DNA of 64,000 nucleotides, from IMG/VR virus record IMGVR_UViG_3300025545_000003, positions 1-64,000 of that record; one strand, 5' to 3'. Positions 36,487-44,804 of the stretch are shown here, piece by piece (position 1 is the first letter of the stretch; each line of letters starts with the position of its first letter). The position numbers and the translations under genes were made by a program. Below the pieces are notes generated by a model. The model searched no databases. It was not told the origin of the DNA and worked only from the letters and a program-made list of their open reading frames with translations. The DNA comes from a virus.

Positions 36487-37287
36487 ATGAGCAAGATAGT
36501 AAAAGGCACCTCCCGGAGCGGTGTAGGAACTACGTTGGTGGTTCCGCAGCACCGGCTGGTGTTCGACATGGGGGCTCCCCTGGTGGAGTCCTTGGGCGTC
36601 CGTAAGGTGTTCATCACCCACGGGCACATGGATCACGCAGGGGCTCTGGTGTTCCACGCCAGCACACGGGGAATGATGGGAATGGGGCCGCCCCTGTTCC
36701 ACGTCCCGGCCTGGATGGAAGCCGACCTTCGGGTGATACTGAAGGCCGCCGCCCGCCTCAACGGTGGGGGAGTCCAGTTCGACATGGTCCCCATGGAAGC
36801 GGGCAAGAGTCACGATCTGGGAGGGCCTCGCAGAGTGGTGCCCTTCTACACCGACCACCGGCTACCGTGCCTCGGCTACAAGGTCTACCAGACCCGAAAC
36901 AAGCTCCGGGATGAGTTCATAGGACTTCCCGGAGAGGAGATCGGGCGGCTTCGGAAGGGTGGAACGGAAGTCACCCGTGAGGTAGAAGCCTTGGCACACA
37001 CGCACGTAGGGGACAGCCGGGTGACCGTGCTGGACAAACACCCCGAGGTGTTCCAGTCAGATGTGCTGGTGCTTGAGTGTACGTTCGTGGGCGACTACTC
37101 CTTGGAGGAAACGCACAAGCGGGGGCACACGCACCTGTCCGAACTGGCAGAGCGTGCGGAATTATTCAAGGACGTGAAGGCCGTTGTCCTGACACACTTC
37201 TCGATGCGACACAGCGAGAAGGAGGTCAAGGCGGAGGTCGCCAAGCTCCCCGAGTCCCTTCGGGACAAGATCCACCTCGTTTTCTAG
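36487..37287 (+). CDS. rnz: ribonuclease Z (tRNase Z, MBL fold)
   Basis: FDMG, ITHGHMDH, GDS, LECTF, GH.H and LTHFSMR motifs; located inside the tRNA array. Confidence 0.85.
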   Translation: MSKIVKGTSRSGVGTTLVVPQHRLVFDMGAPLVESLGVRKVFITHGHMDHAGALVFHASTRGMMGMGPPLFHVPAWMEADLRVILKAAARLNGGGVQFDMVPMEAGKSHDLGGPRRVVPFYTDHRLPCLGYKVYQTRNKLRDEFIGLPGEEIGRLRKGGTEVTREVEALAHTHVGDSRVTVLDKHPEVFQSDVLVLECTFVGDYSLEETHKRGHTHLSELAERAELFKDVKAVVLTHFSMRHSEKEVKAEVAKLPESLRDKIHLVF

Positions 37288-37371
37288 CCCCCTCTCGGGG
37301 GCATCATTGGGGCATAGCTCAATTGGTAGAGTACCGTTGAACTTTGTGCGCTTTACCCTTACACTAGAAGC

Positions 37372-37953
37372 ATGGGACGAAAGAGCCACATCTGGGACAC
37401 ACCCCCGGAACGCTTCCGCCAACTGGTACACACCCACACCACATGGAAAGGGCTCGCATTAGCCCTTGGGATGTCGATCTGTGGGGGGACATTCAAGACC
37501 ATCCGTAAAAGGATCCAGCAAGATGGGTTGGACGATCATCATTTGCGAGAGGGGGCCTCAAAACGAGGTGGCCTTTTGGCCGCTAAGAAACAGGAGCAGC
37601 CCCTTTCAGAGATCATGGTGAAAGATTCTTCCTACTCACGGTACCACCTAAAGGCCCGTCTACTGCGAGACAGGGTGTTGGAAAACAAGTGTGCCATGTG
37701 CGGTCTCGATCCTGTTTGGGAAGGAGATCCCCTCGTGATGGTTCTTGACCACATAAACGGGGAACCCCAAGACCACCGGGCAGGGAATCTGAGGTTGGTC
37801 TGCCCCAACTGCAACTCACAGCTTCCAACCTTTGCAGGTCGGAAAACGAAAAAGGGCGAGGTTCTTTGTGTGGACTGCGGGACACCCATCCACACAAGAA
37901 GTACCAGATGTCGTTCATGTAGCGGCAGGCATCGTTATTTTACTGGGGAGTAA
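37372..37953 (+). CDS. HNH endonuclease
   Basis: C..CG, LDHING...D.R..NLR.VCPNC; stop codon lies inside tRNA-Gln. Confidence 0.85.
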   Translation: MGRKSHIWDTPPERFRQLVHTHTTWKGLALALGMSICGGTFKTIRKRIQQDGLDDHHLREGASKRGGLLAAKKQEQPLSEIMVKDSSYSRYHLKARLLRDRVLENKCAMCGLDPVWEGDPLVMVLDHINGEPQDHRAGNLRLVCPNCNSQLPTFAGRKTKKGEVLCVDCGTPIHTRSTRCRSCSGRHRYFTGE

Positions 37954-38016
37954 CTCAACTGGCAGAGTGCCGTCCTCTGAAGGCGGATGTTGTGGGTTCG
38001 AGTCCCACCTCCCCAG
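37944..38016 (+). tRNA. tRNA-Gln(CTG)
   Basis: cloverleaf. Confidence 0.88.
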
Positions 38017-38087
38017 CCCATAGGTTGAAGGTTCAAGTCCTTCTGCCCCAGCTATGGCGGGACGCACAGGCAGTGCAGGCCGTCTAA

Positions 38088-38160
38088 CGCAGTGTAGCTC
38101 AACAGGTAGAGCGCTGGTCTCATAAGCCGGAGGTTCCCGGTTCAATTCCGGGCACTGCGA
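38088..38160 (+). tRNA. tRNA-Met(CAT), elongator-type
   Basis: cloverleaf; paired C1-G72. Confidence 0.85.
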
Positions 38161-38175
38161 CTACAGCGGTACTAG

Positions 38176-38249
38176 GGCGACGTAGCCAAGTTGGTTAAAG
38201 CACTGGTCTGCAAAACCAGAGATCCCCGGTTCGAATCCGGGCGTCGCCT
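38176..38249 (+). tRNA. tRNA-Cys(GCA)
   Basis: cloverleaf; U73. Confidence 0.88.
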
Positions 38250-38322
38250 CTTTTCGGACGGTAGCTCAGTGGTAGAGCTTCGGTAGCTCTCCTATCAGGA
38301 GTCTCATGGTAGGAGGTGGGCT

Positions 38323-38670
38323 GTGACAACCATCGTGAAATGTGAGCAGTGCGGCAGGGAGTACGTCCCGGACAGGAAAAAGGGACACCGTGGAACCCTT
38401 TGCAACTCTTGTGTGGTCAACACCAGGAGAGCAAGCGTAAAGGAAAAGGCAGTCTCCTACAAAGGAGGGGCGTGCGCCATCTGCGGTTACGACCGGTGTG
38501 CGAGAGCCTTGGGGTTCCACCATAAGGACCCTGCCAAGAAGGATTTTCCTCTTGGGGCCAACTACACGAGGTCGTGGGACAAACTGAAGGTGGAGTTGGA
38601 TAAGTGCATCCTCCTCTGCGCCAACTGTCACGCTGAAGTTCATGATGGGATGGTTGAACTCGGGGGGTAG
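38323..38670 (+). CDS. HNH endonuclease
   Basis: YKGG.C..CGY, FHH.DP and KC.LLCANCH motifs; stop codon lies inside tRNA-Ile. Confidence 0.85.
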   Translation: MTTIVKCEQCGREYVPDRKKGHRGTLCNSCVVNTRRASVKEKAVSYKGGACAICGYDRCARALGFHHKDPAKKDFPLGANYTRSWDKLKVELDKCILLCANCHAEVHDGMVELGG

Positions 38671-38733
38671 CTCAGTGGCTAGAGCGAACGGCTGATAACC
38701 GTTAGGGCGAGGGTTCGAGTCCCTCTCTCCCGA
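38661..38733 (+). tRNA. tRNA-Ile(GAT)
   Basis: cloverleaf. Confidence 0.88.
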
Positions 38734-38877
38734 CTTTTACTACCGTGGGGCCGGAGGTTCGAATCCTCCTCGTCCGACCAGTAGGGAAAGGTGGCGGTCT
38801 GAGAGCCTGCCGGGTTCTGCAAGGCCCAATGGTTCAACGTCTGTTGCAGCAGGCCCCGTGCGCCGCCCTGCGTTCAT

Positions 38878-38947
38878 GCCCTCGCCCGTGGATCGGGGCT
38901 TTGGTCTTCTAAACCGGAGGTCGAGGGTTCGATTCCTTCCGGGGGCG
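38878..38947 (+). tRNA. tRNA-Arg(TCT), truncated D-arm
   Basis: acceptor, anticodon and T arms intact; lacks the U8/A9 connector. Confidence 0.6.
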
Positions 38948-39006
38948 CTAGTTTGTCTATGGGCAGGGGATGGTAGAGTGGATCGACTCCACGAGGAGAT
39001 ACCGTC

Positions 39007-40179
39007 ATGGGCTACAACGTCCCCGAACCTTACGCCTCGCTCCTTGCCACGTACCCCGACGTAGCGAACGTCAAGTACGTGTCCCCACCGGATGCTAACC
39101 ATCTGGAGGGAACGGGGGACGGCTCATTGGTCAACCCGTACAGGGGCATCCAGACGGCCATCGATGCTTTTCCGCCCACAGAGATGCCTCCGCCTGACCC
39201 GGCGGACATGGGCCCAGAGGATCTGGTCAACCTGTTCCGGTTCATCGTCGTCAATTCGGGTGTGTACGACGAGAGCCCCATTATCACAGAGGCAGGGCTC
39301 TGGTCCTTTCAATCAGCAGGGCAGGTCCTGCTGATCTCCCCTGTGGCTTTCGCTTACCTGTGGGATCCTGAGCACGAGCCGCCCCCGTCCATTGACGACA
39401 TGCGGTTCTTCCACCTGAACCCGGATGAAACCAAGCTTGACGCTTGGGGCATGTTCATCTTGGACATTCAGCCCCTCTACGGTGCCCCGAAAGACAAGAT
39501 GATCGGCGGCATCGGCAGGAACGGCAGCACCGGGGGTCTGCAGATGTGGACCCTTATGGGCGGGATCGTCTACGAGGTGGAAGCACCCCTCGGTGGCTGG
39601 ACGCACACCCCGTCGCCGTCCATTAGCTTGAAAGATGTCTACGGCCTGGTACTCGTCCCTGGAGAGAACGGGGATTGGGAAGCCGACATCAACATCGACT
39701 GTGACCGAGTCTCGTTCAACTACTTCGAAGTCCTGGGGCTGGAGAAGTACGACGTCGAGATCCTCAACTCCGCCTTCAGTGGCCTTGAGCAGTACTCTGG
39801 ACCTGGTGCCCCTATCTACACGCAGACCTGCCGGTTCTGGGCCAGCAACTGCAACATCACGGGCGACGTGTTCGTGGCAGACGCCGACATCGTGTTCGAC
39901 CACGTTTCCATGAGCGGTGGAGACCTGATTTTCAGGACCTACTGGTCCATCCTGGACTGCAACCTGGACGTCAACGAGTGGGAACACACACAGTCCCCGT
40001 CGGGATCGGTCATCATCAACACCTACTTCGACGTGAACTCGTGGGGTGCGGCCCTTCCCCTGAACGCCCTGAACGTCTGCGCCACCACCTGTGCGATGAG
40101 CAGTTCGGCCCTGTCCAGCTTGCCCGTCCCACATAGCAACTACGCATCAGTCACGAACAGCGTCGTGATCCCCCCGTAA
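39007..40179 (+). CDS. hypothetical acidic protein with a GDGS..NPY..IQ.AID motif (possible beta-helix)
   Basis: GAGGAG RBS; motif typical of DUF1565-like N-termini. Confidence 0.6.
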   Translation: MGYNVPEPYASLLATYPDVANVKYVSPPDANHLEGTGDGSLVNPYRGIQTAIDAFPPTEMPPPDPADMGPEDLVNLFRFIVVNSGVYDESPIITEAGLWSFQSAGQVLLISPVAFAYLWDPEHEPPPSIDDMRFFHLNPDETKLDAWGMFILDIQPLYGAPKDKMIGGIGRNGSTGGLQMWTLMGGIVYEVEAPLGGWTHTPSPSISLKDVYGLVLVPGENGDWEADINIDCDRVSFNYFEVLGLEKYDVEILNSAFSGLEQYSGPGAPIYTQTCRFWASNCNITGDVFVADADIVFDHVSMSGGDLIFRTYWSILDCNLDVNEWEHTQSPSGSVIINTYFDVNSWGAALPLNALNVCATTCAMSSSALSSLPVPHSNYASVTNSVVIPP

Positions 40180-40182
40180 CCT

Positions 40183-40255
40183 GCCCCAGTAGCTCAGTGG
40201 ATAGAGCATCGGTCTCCTAAACCGAGGGCCGCAGGTTCGATTCCTGCTTGGGGCA
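40183..40255 (+). tRNA. tRNA-Arg(CCT)
   Basis: cloverleaf. Confidence 0.9.
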
Positions 40256-40333
40256 CTCCCTTCAACAGCACCGCAACAAGGAGAACACCATGGTACTTCG
40301 TCTCAAACAGCCGCCGACCCCCATTCGTTTACT

Positions 40334-40409
40334 GGGCCGGTAGCTCAACTGGATAGTCAGCAAGCGGCTTTTAACCGCTAGGTTCCGGGTTCAAGTCCCG
40401 GTCGGCCCA
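40334..40409 (+). tRNA. tRNA-Lys(TTT)
   Basis: cloverleaf. Confidence 0.88.
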
Positions 40410-40414
40410 CTATT

Positions 40415-40488
40415 GCGGACGTAGCCAAGAGGTAAGGCATCGGGCTTCCACCCCGTGAGCGCCGGTTCGATTCCGGTCGTCCGCTCCA
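40415..40488 (+). tRNA. tRNA-Gly(TCC)
   Basis: cloverleaf; CCA. Confidence 0.88.
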
Positions 40489-40495
40489 CCAACAG

Positions 40496-40523
40496 GGCTT
40501 AGGTAGTTCCTCTATTGCGTAGA
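40496..40523 (+). promoter_or_regulatory. putative phage promoter
   Basis: GGCTTAG-N13-TGCGTAGA. Confidence 0.6.
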
Positions 40524-40897
40524 CACCCATGGGTAGGATGTCAGCCTCGGTGAAGCTGGGTACGCAGTGGAGGGGCACAAAACGACGCCTGCACCGCCCG
40601 TGAGATAGGCCCAAACGGGGAACCGTCAACCGGGGAGGGGGTGGAAGTCCTCTTGACCCGCCCGGAAGGGTCCTGCGTTGAGCCGTCATCTTGAGGGCGG
40701 CCTTGAAGGGCAGCGTAGGTACACCCCCTGAAGGACGCCCTTTGGCTGGTGCTTGGACTGGCCCCTGTGGATGAGGGTTTGTATCAACCAAGCTGGAAGC
40801 GGAGTACTCGTCCCCATTGTTGAATCCCACCTTCGGGTGCGGTACTGGACGAGCCGGAAGTACCCCATGGCACGGCGTACTTCCGGCTGTGGGCGTG
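40524..40897 (+). ncRNA. candidate structured ncRNA (about 370 nt)
   Basis: own promoter motif; no credible ORF; paired ends; perfect AGCCGGAAGTAC/GTACTTCCGGCT hairpin. Confidence 0.4.
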
Positions 40898-40898
40898 A

Positions 40899-40970
40899 GG
40901 GCGTATAACTCAGCGGAAGAGTGCCGTCTTGACAAGGCGGAAGTCCCTGGTTCAATCCCAGGTACGCCCA
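40899..40970 (+). tRNA. tRNA-Val(GAC)
   Basis: cloverleaf. Confidence 0.9.
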
Positions 40971-40987
40971 CTGAATCGGAGGGCTAG

Positions 40988-41173
40988 GTGACGAACAAGG
41001 ACAAGTGGTTCGCAACCTGTATGGTGTTGATGCTTGTGACAGGCTTCGGTCTTGTGGGGCTTGGCCTCGACTCAACGCTGGCATCGATCTTTGAGGTGGC
41101 CGCAGCCGCCATCTGGCTCTTTGGAGTTCCGAAAGTCAGCCGTAGAGCACACCAGTACATCTACGGCAGGTAG
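40988..41173 (+). CDS. small two-helix membrane protein
   Basis: GGAGG RBS; hydrophobic segments. Confidence 0.55.
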   Translation: MTNKDKWFATCMVLMLVTGFGLVGLGLDSTLASIFEVAAAAIWLFGVPKVSRRAHQYIYGR

Positions 41174-41179
41174 TTTTGG

Positions 41180-41251
41180 CGCGGGGTAGGGAAGTGGCAT
41201 CCTCCTTGGCTCATAACCAAGGGATCGGCGGTTCAAGTCCGCCCCCCGCAA
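41180..41251 (+). tRNA. tRNA-fMet-like (CAT)
   Basis: C1:A72 mismatch; CGCGGGG acceptor. Confidence 0.8.
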
Positions 41252-41398
41252 CCTCTCGGGCAATCTGACTCGGCCCGTAAGCCCGCCCCACGTCCCCGTC
41301 AGGGTGACGAGCACCCGAAAGGGTAGGGCAACAGGAGCAGACCGTGGGAAGACGCTTTGTACAGCGTCGGAATGCGTCCCGGAGGGACGCCCCACCGT

Positions 41399-41470
41399 GC
41401 GGGTGTAGTTCAGGGGTAGAACGTCAGCTTCCCAAGCTGGATGTCGTGGGTTCGAATCCCATCACCCGCT
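41399..41470 (+). tRNA. tRNA-Gly(CCC)
   Basis: cloverleaf. Confidence 0.9.
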
Positions 41471-41474
41471 CTAT

Positions 41475-41547
41475 GGGGCCTTAGCTCACTTGGGAGAGCG
41501 CCGCTTTTGCAAGGCGGAGGTAGCCGGTTCGATCCCGGCAGGCTCCA
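41475..41547 (+). tRNA. tRNA-Ala(TGC)
   Basis: cloverleaf; G3:U70. Confidence 0.92.
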
Positions 41548-41550
41548 CTA

Positions 41551-41605
41551 TGGGGAGGGCGGGGTGGTCAGGCCCGAAAGGGAGCAGCCATCCTGACCCT
41601 ACCCA
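41551..41605 (+). ncRNA. ffs: minimal SRP (4.5S)-like RNA, helix 8/domain IV
   Basis: GG-TCAGG-CCC-GAAA-GGG-AGCAG-CC symmetric-loop signature on a long hairpin. Confidence 0.7.
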
Positions 41606-41608
41606 CCA

Positions 41609-41636
41609 GGCTTAGCCTCCCGTTCACCTGTGTTGA
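41609..41636 (+). promoter_or_regulatory. putative phage promoter
   Basis: GGCTTAG-N13-TGTGTTGA. Confidence 0.7.
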
Positions 41637-41659
41637 AGAGGTGGACGACGGAGGACGAC

Positions 41660-42106
41660 ATGAGCGTTACATTTTGGTGCCCCGAAGCTCCCCGAGAGGC
41701 CATCGAGACCCCTTGCTGGGGCGAGTGCGACGAAACCTGCCCCATGTGTCACGGCACCAACGTGACCACGGAACAGGTCAGCCCGCACGAGATGAACCTC
41801 GCCAACGCCAACGCCTACAACATCCTCCTCGCCTTGGGTGTCCAGAGTGACGAATCCATGTGCGGCGGGTGGGAGACCCCCGAGGACATCCGCACCATCA
41901 GGGCGGCGATCCTCAAGGCCCGCAACGTGACAGGCCGCAGGGAAGGGGCACACCGAGACGCCGAATCCTACGGCGGGCCGGGAACTGGAACCTGCCGGGT
42001 CGTTTCGCAGGGCTACACCGACGAGCAGGTACTCGACCGGCTGACCCGGTTGGACAAGCTCCTCGCCTACGCTTTGGAGAACAGTCACCGGGTGGTTTGG
42101 GGATGA
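41660..42106 (+). CDS. hypothetical protein
   Basis: GGAGG RBS; follows a promoter motif. Confidence 0.6.
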   Translation: MSVTFWCPEAPREAIETPCWGECDETCPMCHGTNVTTEQVSPHEMNLANANAYNILLALGVQSDESMCGGWETPEDIRTIRAAILKARNVTGRREGAHRDAESYGGPGTGTCRVVSQGYTDEQVLDRLTRLDKLLAYALENSHRVVWG

Positions 42107-42681
42107 GTGCTCACCGTGAGCGTGTGAAAATGCTCAAGCGGGTCAACGCCCACCAGCAAGTCAACGACCCCTTCTGGTTGTCCGGCTACACCGACGGAAG
42201 CCACCATCCCGACACAGGGAAGGGCGGCGTGGGCCTGTGGGTACGGGACAACGAGACCCGAATCCTCAAGGCTATACCGACCCCTCCGTGGGCTGTGAAC
42301 TCCAACCTCGTGGAACTGTTCGGGGTCTGCGCCGCCATTGAGACGGCCCTGACGGAACTCACACAGGAAGCCAACATCCTCGTCATCAAGACGGACAGCC
42401 AGAGCACGGCCAACTGGTTCGGCTGGCAGGGCAACAAGTCCGTACCGAAGCAGCCTGAAGCCCTCGAGATGATGCAGCACGTCCTAGAGCTTGCCACCGA
42501 CCGCCGAGTGAAGGTGGTCGTCAAGTGGGTGAAGGGACACCAAGGCACGGGCAGCGTCGTGGGCTACTTGAACAACCGGGTCGACAAGATGGCCCGTGAT
42601 GCACGACTGAAAGGTGTACCCTCTCGCTGGTCCTGCCGGGTCAACGAGGAACGCAAGCAAGGGCCTGTAGCTCAACGGTAG
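42103..42681 (+). CDS. rnhA: RNase HI-like protein
   Basis: YTDGS, N..EL, TDSQ, KWVKGH and N..VD motifs. Confidence 0.8.
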   Translation: MSAHRERVKMLKRVNAHQQVNDPFWLSGYTDGSHHPDTGKGGVGLWVRDNETRILKAIPTPPWAVNSNLVELFGVCAAIETALTELTQEANILVIKTDSQSTANWFGWQGNKSVPKQPEALEMMQHVLELATDRRVKVVVKWVKGHQGTGSVVGYLNNRVDKMARDARLKGVPSRWSCRVNEERKQGPVAQR

Positions 42682-42733
42682 AGCCTCCCGCTCATAACGG
42701 GACGGTCGACGGGTTCGACTCCCTCCGGGCCCA
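42661..42733 (+). tRNA. tRNA(CAT), probably Ile2
   Basis: cloverleaf with GGGCCTG acceptor; overlaps the rnhA 3' end. Confidence 0.8.
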
Positions 42734-42783
42734 CTAGCCCCTAAACAGCAAGCAGCAGGGTAGGATAAGGCAGGAGGTGCCTC

Positions 42784-43023
42784 ATGCCGGATCTACCCTA
42801 CGTGATGCTCACTGGACTCATCCTCATGCTGGTCGGTGTTCCCCTCTGGATGTACCGCTCAGAGAAGAAGAAGGTGGAGGCCGGGTGTTGCGGGAAGCCG
42901 TGGATCTCCTACTGCCGTGACTCACAGGGCGGCATCGGCTTGAACTGTCAGGAGTGCGACAACGGCACTTGGGTATCCTACTACCGCAAGGGCTTCGTTG
43001 AGGGCGAACAGCAACCATTCTAG
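42784..43023 (+). CDS. small membrane-anchored protein
   Basis: AGGAGG RBS; N-terminal TM helix. Confidence 0.55.
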   Translation: MPDLPYVMLTGLILMLVGVPLWMYRSEKKKVEAGCCGKPWISYCRDSQGGIGLNCQECDNGTWVSYYRKGFVEGEQQPF

Positions 43024-43093
43024 GCTCGTAGCTCAGTGGGAGAGCGCCTGCTTCACACGCAGGAAGTCCCCGGTTCAAAACCGGGCGGGCCTA
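43022..43093 (+). tRNA. tRNA-Val(CAC)
   Basis: cloverleaf. Confidence 0.88.
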
Positions 43094-43111
43094 CTTTGAA
43101 GGAGGGCTAAC

Positions 43112-43639
43112 ATGGAAAGCACACGCAGAGGGTTCCTTGCAGGAGCCGCTGGAGTCACAGGTTGGCTCCTGTTCGGCAAGGGTGCCGAAGCCGCAGCGAA
43201 GGCCGAGGGCAACCGTGTCCTGCGGGAGTTCGATGAGGACGTTGAGGGGTTTCCGCATCACGTCATCGAGATGCAGTTGACCTACGACAACCCGATGCTC
43301 CAGTTCGACGTGCCACTGCCGGACTCGGACTTCGATGGCCTACAGATCAGCATCCCAAGGCGTCAGACGGTGGGCCGCCACACGGCGACGGAGCTTGTGG
43401 ACTACCACAAGCGGAGCCAACCCGACGGTGACATCTGGGGGATCATCCGCCAGCGTGTACCCCAGATGGCACAGGCGAGGGTGAAGAATCCCGCCTACGG
43501 CGACCACAAGATGCACATCGCCACGGTGGTGTGCCACTGCCCGAGCGGGATCGAGGTGGGCATGACGGTGTTGCCCGTAGGCGTGACCGTCGAGGACATG
43601 CACCTGACCATCCCGGCAACGCTGTTGCCGCAGTCCTGA
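43112..43639 (+). CDS. hypothetical protein with Tat signal peptide
   Basis: TRRGFL twin-arginine motif, hydrophobic region and AEA site. Confidence 0.65.
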   Translation: MESTRRGFLAGAAGVTGWLLFGKGAEAAAKAEGNRVLREFDEDVEGFPHHVIEMQLTYDNPMLQFDVPLPDSDFDGLQISIPRRQTVGRHTATELVDYHKRSQPDGDIWGIIRQRVPQMAQARVKNPAYGDHKMHIATVVCHCPSGIEVGMTVLPVGVTVEDMHLTIPATLLPQS

Positions 43640-43657
43640 CAACGCACAAGGCTCCAA

Positions 43658-43733
43658 GGGCGAGTAGCGCAGTGGAAGTAGCACCGGCTTTACAAGCCGT
43701 AGGTCGTGGGTTCAATCCCCACCTCGCCCACCA
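43658..43733 (+). tRNA. tRNA-Val(TAC)
   Basis: cloverleaf; CCA. Confidence 0.8.
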
Positions 43734-43737
43734 TTCA

Positions 43738-43765
43738 GGCTTAGCCGGACGCCCGTCCGTGTAGA
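43738..43765 (+). promoter_or_regulatory. putative phage promoter
   Basis: GGCTTAG-N13-CGTGTAGA; ATG at 43773. Confidence 0.7.
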
Positions 43766-43772
43766 GAACCTC

Positions 43773-44078
43773 ATGAAGCAGGAAACCCAAGAGTGCCCCC
43801 TGTGCCACCGTGACTGCCCACAGGCGATCATGACGGAGCACCACTTGAAGACCCGCAGGGTGGACAAGGACGACACGGCGATGCTGTGCCGGGAGTGCCA
43901 CAAGACGGTACACGGGCTCTTTGACAACAAGGAACTACGGGACTCGTCCAGAGGGCTGGACACGGTCGAGGGGCTGCTTGCAGACCCCTTGATCCGAAAG
44001 GCCCTCTCCCACATCAGGAAGCTCCCGCCCGGTCAGTTCATGCGGATGTATCGGGCCGGACGCCGCAAGAAGCGCTAG
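43773..44078 (+). CDS. small HNH-domain protein
   Basis: CPLC, EHH and LCRECH..VH motifs. Confidence 0.7.
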   Translation: MKQETQECPLCHRDCPQAIMTEHHLKTRRVDKDDTAMLCRECHKTVHGLFDNKELRDSSRGLDTVEGLLADPLIRKALSHIRKLPPGQFMRMYRAGRRKKR

Positions 44079-44094
44079 ACACCAATCCAAACAT

Positions 44095-44168
44095 GCCCCG
44101 GTAGCTCAGTGGATTAGAGCACACCCCTGCGGAGGGTGGGGTCGGAGGTTCGAATCCTCTCCGGGGTA
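44095..44168 (+). tRNA. tRNA-Arg(GCG)
   Basis: cloverleaf. Confidence 0.88.
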
Positions 44169-44228
44169 CTTGTGCGCCCGTAGCTTTATGGTTTCTCCTC
44201 CGGTATTATCCGGGCAACAGGAGGAACC

Positions 44229-44741
44229 ATGCCAACCTGCAAGAAATGTGGTGTCTCATTCCCCAACAGGATAACGGTTGAGGGGGGCAGGCGAAACATC
44301 TCCAGACGGAAATTCTGCCTGACATGTTCCCCTTGGGGGTCTCGAAACCGAAAAGACCTGAGTGCCCCCTCGATTACCAGCGGAGTGAAAACCTGCCCTC
44401 GGTGTGGGGACGTGAAGGAACTCACTGAGTTCTACACCAGACGGAGAGGTAAGGAGTCCGAGCCTTCCTCCTACTGTAAGGCATGCGCCGCAGAGGAAGC
44501 ACGGGGACGTATGCGGGCATTGAAAGCCCGTTGCGTTGAGTACAAGGGAGGCGGGTGCCGGGTTTGTGGGTACTCGAAAAGCCTCGCTGCGTTGGATTTC
44601 CATCACAGGGATCCCAAGGAGAAAGGTTACGGGATTTCGCAGATCCGAGGTTGGAAATTCGAACGGGTAAAGGAAGAATTAGATAAATGTGACCTTCTGT
44701 GTCGGAATTGCCACTCAGAGGTTCATGACGAGGCCCTGTAA
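44229..44741 (+). CDS. HNH endonuclease with zinc fingers
   Basis: YKGG.C..CGY, FHH.DP and KC.LLC.NCH motifs; stop codon lies inside tRNA-Arg. Confidence 0.85.
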   Translation: MPTCKKCGVSFPNRITVEGGRRNISRRKFCLTCSPWGSRNRKDLSAPSITSGVKTCPRCGDVKELTEFYTRRRGKESEPSSYCKACAAEEARGRMRALKARCVEYKGGGCRVCGYSKSLAALDFHHRDPKEKGYGISQIRGWKFERVKEELDKCDLLCRNCHSEVHDEAL

Positions 44742-44804
44742 CCCAGTGGATAGGGTGCCTGACTTCGAATCAGGTTGTCGCAGGTTCGAGTCCTGCCAGG
44801 GCCA
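44732..44804 (+). tRNA. tRNA-Arg(TCG)
   Basis: cloverleaf. Confidence 0.88.

Larger units (their letters stand above)
37308..38051 (+). mobile_element. split tRNA containing an HNH + tRNA-Gln cassette
   Basis: 5' half TGGGGCA/D-arm at 37308; 3' T-arm/TGCCCCA-G at 38021-38051. Confidence 0.8.
38255..38780 (+). mobile_element. split tRNA containing an HNH + tRNA-Ile cassette
   Basis: 5' half CGGACGG/D-arm at 38255; 3' T-arm/TCGTCCG-ACCA ending at 38780. Confidence 0.8.

Noticed and set aside
41255-41395. Twister or hammerhead ribozyme
   Set aside because: Partial motif resemblance only; the required pairings could not be built by eye.
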